Of a DNA stretch of 49,747 nucleotides, positions 35,264 through 44,644 are shown piece by piece. This stretch comes from Bacteroidales bacterium (GTDB taxonomy: Bacteria > Bacteroidota > Bacteroidia > Bacteroidales > VadinHA17): positions 1 to 49,747 of the forward strand of contig JADDYF010000013.1 of assembly GCA_015712185.1 (NCBI GenBank), given 5' to 3'. A model generated the notes under the pieces. That model made no database searches, had not been told where the DNA came from, and saw only the letters and a program-made list of their open reading frames with translations. Numbering within the stretch: the stretch's first letter is position 1; each line of letters begins with the position of its first letter. A program made the translations under genes and the position numbers.

Positions 35264-36778
35264 TTATTTTCCTGAGAGGATACGTTCTGTAACCAGCTTT
35301 GCAGAAATAAGTATATTCGGAATTCCATTGCCCGGATGTGTGCTGCCACCAACAAAATATAAATTATGATACCGGCTATGACGGTTATGTGGTCTTAAAT
35401 AACCCATCTGGTAAATCTGATGACCAAGGCTGCCAAAGACCGAACCACGTGTAATATTACATATATTTTCCCAGTCTTCAGGTGTCTGGCTGATCTCAAA
35501 TTTTATATGATCATCAATATCTCCCATTCCGAACCGTTTTAACCGGTTCAGTACCGAATTACGGGTCCTGTTGCGGATCGCTACCCAATCCTGATTTCTT
35601 CTTTTATCAATATGTCCGGCGGCAACTATTACAGACAATGTGTCGCTGCCGGGCGGTGCCGATGAGGGATCATTTCGTACCGGTGCGTGTACATAGAAGC
35701 TTGGGTGGCCGCTTACTGATTTATTGATAAAAATCTCCTCCAGTCCCTCACGATATGTGTCCGAAAGGAAGACAGAGTGCTGGCTGAGCTGAGGATAAAC
35801 TTTATCGAGTCCCCAGTGAAAGCAGATAGCAGAACACGAGTAATTCATCCTGCCGAGACGGGCCGCAATTCCCTTGTCCGGCAGCAATTCACGGTAGACA
35901 TACGGCAGGTCGGCATTTGCCAGGATGATGTCGGCCTTAATTTCCGTACCATCACCCAAAACGATGCATTCGGCCTTTCTTTCCCTGGTTTTGATCTGCG
36001 AAACCTGACTGTCATAATGGAAAACAACTCCTGAAGATTCTGCTTCATTTAAAAGCTTCCCGACAACAGCAAACATCCCGCCCCTGCAGTAGAACGAGCC
36101 CTCGGTAAGCTCTGCTGCAGGCACCATTGAGTAAAGGGCAGAAGAGTTTATCGGGCTCTGTCCGACATATATATTCTGAAAAGTATATGCCATGAGCAGA
36201 TGCTGATTCCTGAAGAACCTCTTAGTGTATCTCCAGTGTGAAATATAGGTTTTCAGCTTTATCAGAAGCCCTAAATTCCTGAAGTTGGCAAACTGAAAAA
36301 GGTTGTAGAAGTTACGTGCGACCAGCCTGTCAATCCCGAGCCTGAATATTCCGTAGCCGGTCTTAATATATTTCTCCGATTTCTCAAAACTGCCGGGCTC
36401 GATCGCTTCGAGCTCTTTCTTCATTCTCACTTTGTCAGCCGTAAAAGTGAGACAGCTGTCATCGTCAAAATAAATTCTGTAAAGATCTTCAAGCGGCAGT
36501 ATATCTCTGCCCTCTTCCAGTTTTATTCCGAGCGAATCAAAGATACGGTGATAGATGCCTGGCATTATCAGCATTGTTGCACCAAGGTCAAAACGGTGCC
36601 CGTCGCGGATAATCCTGCTGCACCGTCCGCCCGGGGTAGAATTTTTTTCATATACATCCACGGAATAGCCGTTTTTTGCCAGGTAGATTGATGCAGTGAT
36701 TCCACCAATACCGGCCCCTATAATAACAGCACTCTTTTTTTCGACCATTTTCTTGCTACTCCCGGATGCTGAAGACAA
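35264..36778 (-). CDS. crtI: Phytoene desaturase-family FAD enzyme (CrtI/CrtN type)
   Basis: N-terminal dinucleotide fold (AVIIGAGIGGITASIYLAKNGYSVDVYEKNSTPGGRC) and the C-terminal CrtI signature (LYFVGGSTHPGNGIPNILISAKL). Confidence 0.85.
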   Translation of the reverse strand: MSSASGSSKKMVEKKSAVIIGAGIGGITASIYLAKNGYSVDVYEKNSTPGGRCSRIIRDGHRFDLGATMLIMPGIYHRIFDSLGIKLEEGRDILPLEDLYRIYFDDDSCLTFTADKVRMKKELEAIEPGSFEKSEKYIKTGYGIFRLGIDRLVARNFYNLFQFANFRNLGLLIKLKTYISHWRYTKRFFRNQHLLMAYTFQNIYVGQSPINSSALYSMVPAAELTEGSFYCRGGMFAVVGKLLNEAESSGVVFHYDSQVSQIKTRERKAECIVLGDGTEIKADIILANADLPYVYRELLPDKGIAARLGRMNYSCSAICFHWGLDKVYPQLSQHSVFLSDTYREGLEEIFINKSVSGHPSFYVHAPVRNDPSSAPPGSDTLSVIVAAGHIDKRRNQDWVAIRNRTRNSVLNRLKRFGMGDIDDHIKFEISQTPEDWENICNITRGSVFGSLGHQIYQMGYLRPHNRHSRYHNLYFVGGSTHPGNGIPNILISAKLVTERILSGK

Positions 36779-36827
36779 CTTTATTAAAAGACGGATAAAA
36801 ATACAACTGTCACGAATTTTTGAAAAG

Positions 36828-36835
36828 CAAAATTA
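36828..36835 (-). promoter_or_regulatory. Candidate -7 element (TAATTTTG on the minus strand) for crtI
   Basis: The plus-strand CAAAATTA is the reverse complement of TAnnTTTG. It lies 50 nt upstream of the crtI ATG. Confidence 0.3.
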
Positions 36836-36858
36836 TATTTTCTTTTGTTTTATTTCAG

Positions 36859-36897
36859 TGCTGATTTTGCGTTTTGATATTTTATTTCAAATCAGCA
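36859..36897. promoter_or_regulatory. 9-bp inverted repeat TGCTGATTT / AAATCAGCA in the crtI / ceramidase-like divergent region
   Basis: Perfect arms at 36859-36867 and 36889-36897 with a 21-nt spacer. Each arm is preceded by TATTTCA. Confidence 0.3.
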
Positions 36898-36944
36898 ATT
36901 TTGTTCAACATTTGCTTATTATTGAAATTAATTAAAATAAGACT

Positions 36945-38507
36945 GTGAAAACCGCATTAAAGGTCATTGGAATATTGTTCCTCCTTATAGTTATAGTATT
37001 GTACCTTTGGTTTCATTTTAACCTGAAAGACCGGAATCCGGGGTATAAAGCTGACCTGAATATTTCCGCCGGTGAAAAATCAGCTTTACAGGCAGGTTTT
37101 TCCGCAATGGCCATTACACCCGAAGTAACCGACCGCTGGACAGATGCAAACGGTGATGCAAAATATGATCCAGGCGACGGTGATACTTTTTCAGATGGAA
37201 ATGGCAACGGTGCCTTCGATCCCGTATGGATTGCAGGATTCGGGAATGCCCGCGCTGCCAACGGTGTACATGATGACCTGTGGGCAAGAGCAGCAGTGAT
37301 TGATGATGGCAGAACGCGACTGGCCATAGTCGTGCTGGACGCGATCGGATTTATGAATAACCAGGTAATCGATGCCAGAGGCAGAATTCCCCGGGATGCA
37401 GGGATAACCTATATGATTGTTGCATCAACCCATGTACATGAAGGTCCCGACCTTCTCGGGCTTTGGGGCAAGTCTCCCCTGAAAAGCGGTATAGACAAGG
37501 AATATTTGAATTACGTCAAGAGCCAGATTTCGAAGGTGGTGGTGGAAGCTGTGAATAATCTGCGGCCTGCAGTACTTGAAATCTCGGAAGATATGACAGG
37601 AGCAGCTCATCTGGTAAAGGATACACGGCAACCGGAAGTGTTTGACTCCGGATTGAGATTGATCAGGGCGGTGGACAGGGAGAACGGAAAGACTCTCGGA
37701 TCGGTTATCTCGTGGGGTGATCATCCCGAAACTTTATGGGGTAAGAACCTCCTGATCACTTCCGATTTCCCCCATTATGTGCGCGAAGGAGTTGAAAACG
37801 GGGTGTTTTACGGTGACTCTCTTGTCAAACCGGGTATCGGAGGAATCGCCATATATATAAATGGCGCTATAGGAGGGCTGATGACCACACATCCCAGTCT
37901 GGCAGTGAAGGATCCGTTCACGGGTGCCGGATTCAGCGAGCCGACTTTTGAGAAGGCCGAAGCTCAGGGGAAACAGCTGGCGTTGCTGGCGCTGGCAGCC
38001 ATGGAACATCCTGCAGAAAAGCTGGACTCCGCAGGGATATCTATGGTTGTCAGAACACTTTCGGTACCTGTCGACAATAAAATGTTTAAGCTGGCCGCAC
38101 TGCTCGGCCTGTTCAATCGCGGCACGAATGGCTGGATGAAAATGCGTACCGAACTTACTGTGATCAGGATGGGTCCGGTTTCCATTGCTACTTTCCCGGG
38201 AGAAGTTTATCCCGAAATCGTCAATGGGGGAATTGAAAAACCGGAAGGCAGCGATTTCGGCATCAGTCCGGTTGAGGTTCCACCGGTAAGGGATATGATG
38301 ACCGGGAAATACAAATTCATCTTCGGCCTGGCCAATGATGAAATAGGGTATATTCTGCCCGGGAGCCAGTGGGATGAGGAAGCGCCTTATACTTATGGAA
38401 GAAACGATTCTCCATACGGAGAGGAGAATTCCATGGGTCCCGAAACTGCAGCAATCCTGCATGGCAATCTGAAGGAGATGCTGGAAAAGCTAAACAGAGA
38501 CTTATGA
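36945..38507 (+). CDS. Neutral/alkaline ceramidase-like hydrolase, membrane-anchored (paralog 1)
   Basis: GTG start followed by a TM helix. Ceramidase N-domain pattern (GFGNARAANGVHDDLWARAAVIDDGRTRLAIVVLD...VASTHVHEGPD). Homologous to the ORF at 47093-48490. Confidence 0.65.
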   Translation: MKTALKVIGILFLLIVIVLYLWFHFNLKDRNPGYKADLNISAGEKSALQAGFSAMAITPEVTDRWTDANGDAKYDPGDGDTFSDGNGNGAFDPVWIAGFGNARAANGVHDDLWARAAVIDDGRTRLAIVVLDAIGFMNNQVIDARGRIPRDAGITYMIVASTHVHEGPDLLGLWGKSPLKSGIDKEYLNYVKSQISKVVVEAVNNLRPAVLEISEDMTGAAHLVKDTRQPEVFDSGLRLIRAVDRENGKTLGSVISWGDHPETLWGKNLLITSDFPHYVREGVENGVFYGDSLVKPGIGGIAIYINGAIGGLMTTHPSLAVKDPFTGAGFSEPTFEKAEAQGKQLALLALAAMEHPAEKLDSAGISMVVRTLSVPVDNKMFKLAALLGLFNRGTNGWMKMRTELTVIRMGPVSIATFPGEVYPEIVNGGIEKPEGSDFGISPVEVPPVRDMMTGKYKFIFGLANDEIGYILPGSQWDEEAPYTYGRNDSPYGEENSMGPETAAILHGNLKEMLEKLNRDL

Positions 38508-39490
38508 TCATTAAGATACTGAAAGGACTTCTGACCGGACTATTGATAATCCTTCTGCTGCTGATCCTGTGGCTTGTATTGCCAGGGACATGGTCGGCAC
38601 TGAATCCCGGGAAGCCGCCTGTGGGATATTATTCTGTACCAGTTGCATACCTTGCTTCATGGGTTGGACTGGAGAAGCTGGTCGATCTTGAACCTGAAAT
38701 CCCTGAAAATATTGAGGTGATAAATGATATTGAGTATAAGAATATCGGCGGTAAATCATTGCAGCTGGACATTTACCGTCCAAAAAACAGAACAGATCAG
38801 TTGCCGCTGCTTGTCTTTATCCACGGGGGTTCCTGGAGAGGCGGTAAACGATCAGACTACCAGGTTTATCTCGTCGATTTTGCGGAAAAAGGATACATCA
38901 CAGCCACAATTTCTTACAGGCTGCTCAGGGACGGACCTTATCCTGCCTGTATTGAGGATGTAACTGACGCGGTTGACTGGTTTTACAGAAATTATGAGGC
39001 ATACGGGTACGATACATCCAGGATCGCTCTTGTCGGAGGTTCAGCCGGTGCACACCTTGCGCTTCTTGCAGCTTACGGATGGAGGCCCGACAGCATGTCT
39101 GGCTACAGTAAAGTAACGCATCACAATGTAAAAGCTGTTGTCGATATTTACGGTCCGGTTGATTTTACGGATGATTATGCAAGAAACCATCCCACTGTTA
39201 CCTCTTTTCTGGCACACACCTTTGAAGAGGCACCCGAAATCTTTAAAGAAGCTTCACCTGTTCATTATCTTGACAAGGATGATCCGCCTACAATGATACT
39301 CCAGGGAACAGCCGACAGGCTTGTACCCGCGGAACAATCAGACAGGTTCAAAGTAAAACTTGACAGCACCGGAATACCTTGTGTGTATCACCGTCTGCCT
39401 GGCTGGCCTCACACTATGGATGTTGTCCGGCGTGTAAATGATTATTGCCAGCTGAAAATGACCGAGTTTTTCAGGCAGTATCTCAACTAA
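38504..39490 (+). CDS. Alpha/beta-hydrolase (esterase/lipase), membrane-anchored
   Basis: N-terminal TM helix. HGGSW oxyanion motif, nucleophile elbow GGSAGAHL, QGTADRLV (Asp) and WPH (His). Its start overlaps the upstream stop as ATGA. Confidence 0.8.
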   Translation: MIIKILKGLLTGLLIILLLLILWLVLPGTWSALNPGKPPVGYYSVPVAYLASWVGLEKLVDLEPEIPENIEVINDIEYKNIGGKSLQLDIYRPKNRTDQLPLLVFIHGGSWRGGKRSDYQVYLVDFAEKGYITATISYRLLRDGPYPACIEDVTDAVDWFYRNYEAYGYDTSRIALVGGSAGAHLALLAAYGWRPDSMSGYSKVTHHNVKAVVDIYGPVDFTDDYARNHPTVTSFLAHTFEEAPEIFKEASPVHYLDKDDPPTMILQGTADRLVPAEQSDRFKVKLDSTGIPCVYHRLPGWPHTMDVVRRVNDYCQLKMTEFFRQYLN

Positions 39491-39506
39491 CTGCTGTCAC
39501 AGCCCT

Positions 39507-41159
39507 CTACCAGGGTTTGCCCGTTCCCTGCAACAGCCACATTTTTGACCAGGGACTGTTCTTTCCGTCGGTCGATGAGAATGCTGTTTCCTCCAGTTTC
39601 TGGATAGCATCATTCACTCTGTCGGGATTATACAGCAATTCATTTGTGCCATACAGGAACCTGACAGGGATTGCATTCCTTACGACGATTGTACCTGGCA
39701 GCAATGCAGGAAAACCTGTCCTTCTGTAATCAAACCACGATTCGGCAGCTGCAGTCCAGCCGGCGATCCATTTCTGCTCGATAATCTGTTCAAGTGTGCC
39801 GTTGTAAGCCACGCCAGCACCGGCAATGTATGTGTCGTAGGCATCGCTCAGCTCCCAGGCATCGAGCGAAGCTTTTATTGAAGCCTCATAGTGTACCTGG
39901 GCGGTGGCGCCTGTTGTCCAGCCTTTCAGGGCTGCTTCTGCAAGGATAAAGTTTACTTCGGCAGCCGTAATGAGTCTTGATTTCAGATGCGGACCTGCAG
40001 CAGATTTATATATCACGCTCAGGTGTGAAGCATGAGGGTTAAGCGGTGCCTGCTCAAGGTTTGGACACAGATTGTATGCCTGAGGCACTATAGACCATGC
40101 AGGCGGCAGGCCGACATATTCCGTATCTTCATCGATGGGAACCCCGAAATTTTCCACATATGTATCGGCAACATCCTGTGCAATGATTCGCGTACCTCCC
40201 ACTATTTCATCATAACCGTCAGGCTGTGAAGGATCCACCTTAATCGGGATCTCAATCCTGCTTGCCCACAGAGGCAGGCGGGGATCATCAAGAGCCTGCA
40301 GTTTTTCTATAAGGGTTGAACACATTTTCAGCCTCCGCCAGTTTGTTTCGCTCTGGTCGAAGGTTGTGTTACATGGCCATGAGTCCGAGGGGCTGTTTCC
40401 AATATAGCTTATATTCGCATCGTCTGATGCGTCCAGAATTAACGGATACTCTCCGGGATTGCCGGCAATTAACTCAATACCTTCCTTTGCGATTGCAGAT
40501 TCCTTTAATGATATCCTCATGTAGTATCTCAGCGCGAGCGAATTGGCAAATTTTCTCCATTTTGTGACGGATCCGCTGTAAACAACGTCCTGTACTGAAT
40601 TGATACCTGAATATTCACTCTGACTTTTTGAAAGGAGAGTATTGGCTGTCTGGAGGTATCCGAGAATACCGATATAGATATCCCTTTGCGGGTCATAAGC
40701 GGGTTTCAGGTTACCTGCCTCTCCCTGCAGAGCCTCGGAGAATGGTGCATCTCCCCACAGATCAGTTATCATGCCGTAGTTATAAGCTTTCATGATCAAT
40801 GCCACTCCCTGGTAAAACTCCTGTCCGGGTCCTTCTGATTTCTTCAGCATCTCCTCAGTGTTCCTCAGGATACTGTAAAAACCTCCCCAGTTCTGGTCGG
40901 ACCATTCATAATTGTCATGCGATCCGCCCCAGCCATCCTTCTGCGTATGCTGCATTACACCTGCAAGATCACCGAATCCCAGGCCAACCACATTCTGACC
41001 TGTATAAGTTAAAACAGTGCTCAGCAGGAGGGCGGGACTTGCTTTTGCAGGATCCACGCCATTAGGATTAATATTAAGCTCTTCAAGGTCCTGACAGGAG
41101 GCAACGAAGAACAGGAACAGGACCAAAGCAGCTGATATTTTATTTTTTATCGTATACAT
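39507..41159 (-). CDS. SusD-like (SusD-like_2 type) outer-membrane lipoprotein
   Basis: Start chosen at MYTIKNKISAALVLFLFFVASCQD (lipobox). Lies 20 nt downstream of the SusC-like gene. SusD-like_2 sequence character (NINPNGVDPAKASPALLLSTVL...). Confidence 0.85.
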   Translation of the reverse strand: MYTIKNKISAALVLFLFFVASCQDLEELNINPNGVDPAKASPALLLSTVLTYTGQNVVGLGFGDLAGVMQHTQKDGWGGSHDNYEWSDQNWGGFYSILRNTEEMLKKSEGPGQEFYQGVALIMKAYNYGMITDLWGDAPFSEALQGEAGNLKPAYDPQRDIYIGILGYLQTANTLLSKSQSEYSGINSVQDVVYSGSVTKWRKFANSLALRYYMRISLKESAIAKEGIELIAGNPGEYPLILDASDDANISYIGNSPSDSWPCNTTFDQSETNWRRLKMCSTLIEKLQALDDPRLPLWASRIEIPIKVDPSQPDGYDEIVGGTRIIAQDVADTYVENFGVPIDEDTEYVGLPPAWSIVPQAYNLCPNLEQAPLNPHASHLSVIYKSAAGPHLKSRLITAAEVNFILAEAALKGWTTGATAQVHYEASIKASLDAWELSDAYDTYIAGAGVAYNGTLEQIIEQKWIAGWTAAAESWFDYRRTGFPALLPGTIVVRNAIPVRFLYGTNELLYNPDRVNDAIQKLEETAFSSTDGKNSPWSKMWLLQGTGKPW

Positions 41160-41179
41160 AATTTCAGATTTTAAAGTTC

Positions 41180-44100
41180 CTAAAAAGTTATATCCAGTTT
41201 TATGCCTACCGGTATTACCCATGGTTCAAGGTTGAACCTTTCAATTCCCTGTTTGAACTGACTACCTCTGGTTCCGCCTGTCGAGCTTTCTGCCTGGAAT
41301 GCTCTTTCAGGGTCGATTCCGGCTTTTGCTTTTGTCCAGAGAATAATATTGCGGCTGTAAAGTGAAACGGCAATGTTCCTGACAAAACCTATCCGGTTTA
41401 TCAGATTGCCGGGAAGGTTGTAGCTCAGCGAGATCTCCCTCAGCTTGAGGAAGTCGGAATCAAACATCGATGGTTTGGCAAATCCCCATGGATAACTGAC
41501 AACATATGGAGTGATAATAGTTCCGGCTTCACCAAGATTCTCAATGTATGTCACTCCTCCCTCGCCATCATCTACCGCAATCACACCGGGAACAAAAACA
41601 CCGTCAGTTACATATACACCGCTGTAGTTTTCTTCGAATCCGCCATATTCTGCAGTGGGTCCGCCTACCACATGAAATCCGTTTCTGATAAGTTTATCTT
41701 CATTTGCCACAAGCCAGTCGCGCAGCTCTTTCCCTTTTCTTCCACCGGGATTGATGAGGTTATCGAGCCAGAGCTGAGAGCTTCCGTCTTCAGCCATATA
41801 CCGCTGAGTCTGCGATATAAACTGACCTCCGTTTCTCCAGTCGAGGGTCATATTAAGGGAAAGGTTCTTCCACGATACCGAGCTCTGAAAGCCCATGATA
41901 AACCTTGGATTATAATTGCCTATTTTGTTCTTTGTATTTCTCATTTCTATATCATCCCACTCCATCTCAGCCTCACTGATTATTGGATACCCGAAATATG
42001 GAGAATTTACATCTGTCACTGTCCGGACCTCTGCATCGTAGATAGTACCTACCTCATCTCCCACGTACGACCAGGCACCGCCTTTTGCATCTTCCCAGAA
42101 CTTGATGACTTCAACACCTTCTGCGATTTCAACAACATTTGTCCTGTTGCGGGTAAAGTTGGCACTTACATCCCAGTTCCATGAAGCTCCCCTGATTATA
42201 GTTCCGCCGAGCATTAATTCCCAGCCTTTGCTTCTTATAAGACCTGCATTGATATTTACTGCATCTGAACCGGTAGAACTTGCAACAGGAATATTTCTTA
42301 TGATCTGGTTGCGGTTTTCAACCACGTAATAGGTTCCTTCAAATCTGATTCTGTTCTTGAAGAGGTTCAGGTCAATCCCTGCTTCCTTCGATACAGCTTC
42401 TTCAGGCTTCAGGTTTGGCGTAAGAATCTGCCCCGATTTAGCAAGGCGTGTGGCATCACCCCACTGGCCGGCATTTCCGTAAACATTGAAAAGCTGATAT
42501 GGATCAGTATCATTACCTGCTTTTGCCCACCCACCCCTGATCTTCAGCATATCGACAGCATCGCCCATGTTGATCATTTCATTCAGCAGAAGGCTTAGTG
42601 ATGCCGAAGGGTAGAAGTATGACCAGTTCTCCTTGGGCAGGGTGCTCGACCAGTCGTTGCGGCCTGTGATATCAAGGAATATCATATCCCTGTAGCCGAA
42701 ATTCACAAGACCATAAACGCTGTAGATAGCCTTCTGTGACCACCAGCTGCCGTAGCTAAGTGATCCTGACTTTATATTGCTGAGTGTAAATACATTCGGT
42801 ACTATGAGACCTGCACCAGACAATGATGAGCTGGAAACCGATGTGCCTTTCTTGTATAAGGCATTTCCTCCGGCAGACACAGCCAGGCTGAAATTGTCCG
42901 TTATCTTTGAGTATGTTGCCAGGACATCCACATTCCTCTCGTAGCTTGTTATATCCTGAACACCGTAAGCCCCGTTATTCGGTTCGCCTGTATAACTGGG
43001 GGATAGTTTTGACTCGCGTTTCTCCGAGAACTGGTCAAGTGAGTACCTTCCCATTATGCTGAAATCCTTTGTTATCTTCCACTCGGCCTTAAGGTTTCCG
43101 AAGATCCTGTCGCGGGTAAAGCTGTTGTTGATTTCGTTTGCCAGGAAGTATGGATTATTGTAAAGTCCGTTATAGGGTGTTCTTTGCTGGATGCCTTCCT
43201 GCCCTTCTTCCCAGTAATCCTTCAGATCACGTATATCAGTATTCTGAGGGACTTTGTAAGCCCATTCAAGCGGATTTGCACCCCTGTTGCTCGCAGGACG
43301 GTTGTCTGACCACGACCTGTTAATATTAATATTTGAGCTGAAAGTGAAATTATCGGTTAACCTCAGGGAGGTTGCAGCCGTAAGATTGTTCCTGAAGAGA
43401 TCGGAATTGGGTACGATCCCCCTGTTGGACATATTTGACACCCCTATTCTGTAGTTTATCAGGTCGGTGTTGTTGGATATAGAGACCTCATTTGTAGAGG
43501 TGATTCCCGTCCGGACAAAGTTAGCTACATTATTCGGGTGGCTGACCAGTTCAGTCGGGATCTGGAAGCCATTTGCGTCAAGCGGGCTGTTCCACTGTAC
43601 TGCGAAGTATTCTTTGTCGAGCTCTATACCTGCACCGGCAGCTTCTGCCGGATTGACCTTGAACACGTATCCGGGAGGCAGATCTTCGGGAGTAAATGAA
43701 AAATAGCCTGTCGCAAATTTCTTCTGAACCGGAAAATATTTATATGGCATGTCAAATACATTGTTGGTGCTTATATTCACGCTCATCCCCCGGTTCCTTT
43801 GTCCCGATTTTGTTGTTATCAGCACTACGCCGTTACCTGCCCTCGAACCATAGAGTGCTGCTGCACTCGGCCCTTTAAGGATGGATACACTTTCGATATC
43901 GTCGGAATTAAGATCAGAGATGGCATTTCCGTAATCTACACGGTTCTCATTTCCGAATCCGGCAATGTTATTCAGGGTATTTACAATCGGTACGCCGTCG
44001 ACAACAAACAAAGGTTGGTTATCATTGCTGAGGGAAGTAGCGCCCCTGATGATCATACTGACAGATGAACCGGTTCCTCCTGTTGAACTGATCTGTACTC

Positions 44101-44623
44101 CGGTTACCTTGCCTGCAAGGGAATTAATCGCATTTTCCTGGACAACCCTTGCCAGGCTTTCCCCGCTGACAGTACCTACGGAGTATCCGAGTGACTTCTC
44201 CTTTCTTGTTATACCCAATGCAGTTACCACTACCTCATCAAGGGCTTCGATAGATTCGGTTAAGGTGACATTGATTATTCTCTGATTTCCGACTGTTATC
44301 TCCTCCGGTCGAAAACCTATGAATGAGAACACCAGTACTGCATCGTTTACGGGTACTTCGACGCTGTATTCCCCGGAAGCATTTGTAACTGTTCCTCTCT
44401 GAGTTCCCCTGACAACAACACTTACACCGGGAAGAGGAGAATTATCCGTACCTGAAATTACACGGCCTGTAATTACTACTGCCTGCTCCTCATCTGTATT
44501 TACCGGAGAACCGTTATTCCGGCCGTCTTCCGGAGCAGCCTGCATCGCAATGGTGAGCAATGCTGCCAAAAGAATTAAAGGCAATATCTTCCAGGTTATC
44601 TTATTAATTATATGTGATTTCAT
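41180..44623 (-). CDS. SusC/RagA-family TonB-dependent transporter
   Basis: 1147 aa with a signal peptide. Carboxypeptidase-regulatory-like domain (ITGRVISGTDNSPLPGVSVVV), plug (IESVSILKGPSAAALYGSRAGNGVVLITTKSG), and a barrel ending in Phe. Confidence 0.93.
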   Translation of the reverse strand: MKSHIINKITWKILPLILLAALLTIAMQAAPEDGRNNGSPVNTDEEQAVVITGRVISGTDNSPLPGVSVVVRGTQRGTVTNASGEYSVEVPVNDAVLVFSFIGFRPEEITVGNQRIINVTLTESIEALDEVVVTALGITRKEKSLGYSVGTVSGESLARVVQENAINSLAGKVTGVQISSTGGTGSSVSMIIRGATSLSNDNQPLFVVDGVPIVNTLNNIAGFGNENRVDYGNAISDLNSDDIESVSILKGPSAAALYGSRAGNGVVLITTKSGQRNRGMSVNISTNNVFDMPYKYFPVQKKFATGYFSFTPEDLPPGYVFKVNPAEAAGAGIELDKEYFAVQWNSPLDANGFQIPTELVSHPNNVANFVRTGITSTNEVSISNNTDLINYRIGVSNMSNRGIVPNSDLFRNNLTAATSLRLTDNFTFSSNININRSWSDNRPASNRGANPLEWAYKVPQNTDIRDLKDYWEEGQEGIQQRTPYNGLYNNPYFLANEINNSFTRDRIFGNLKAEWKITKDFSIMGRYSLDQFSEKRESKLSPSYTGEPNNGAYGVQDITSYERNVDVLATYSKITDNFSLAVSAGGNALYKKGTSVSSSSLSGAGLIVPNVFTLSNIKSGSLSYGSWWSQKAIYSVYGLVNFGYRDMIFLDITGRNDWSSTLPKENWSYFYPSASLSLLLNEMINMGDAVDMLKIRGGWAKAGNDTDPYQLFNVYGNAGQWGDATRLAKSGQILTPNLKPEEAVSKEAGIDLNLFKNRIRFEGTYYVVENRNQIIRNIPVASSTGSDAVNINAGLIRSKGWELMLGGTIIRGASWNWDVSANFTRNRTNVVEIAEGVEVIKFWEDAKGGAWSYVGDEVGTIYDAEVRTVTDVNSPYFGYPIISEAEMEWDDIEMRNTKNKIGNYNPRFIMGFQSSVSWKNLSLNMTLDWRNGGQFISQTQRYMAEDGSSQLWLDNLINPGGRKGKELRDWLVANEDKLIRNGFHVVGGPTAEYGGFEENYSGVYVTDGVFVPGVIAVDDGEGGVTYIENLGEAGTIITPYVVSYPWGFAKPSMFDSDFLKLREISLSYNLPGNLINRIGFVRNIAVSLYSRNIILWTKAKAGIDPERAFQAESSTGGTRGSQFKQGIERFNLEPWVIPVGIKLDITF

Positions 44624-44644
44624 AATTGATTTCTTTTGTCAGTA

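Noticed and set aside
34295-36778. The synthase and desaturase pair as squalene/hopanoid genes (HpnC/D/E)
   Set aside because: The HpnCDE route needs two synthase-like paralogs plus a shorter amine-oxidase-type HpnE, usually next to a squalene-hopene cyclase. Only one synthase is present, and the desaturase has the CrtI-type C-terminal signature. A carotenoid pathway (C40 or C30) is more likely.
37734-38462. Long antisense ORFs: 242 aa here, and also 30905-31498, 23269-23769, 14805-15320, 41672-42184 and 24799-25200
   Set aside because: All lie entirely within, and opposite to, genes with strong family signatures. Their products are low-complexity, rich in Ser, Arg, Pro and Cys, and contain no recognisable motifs. 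These are typical shadow frames.
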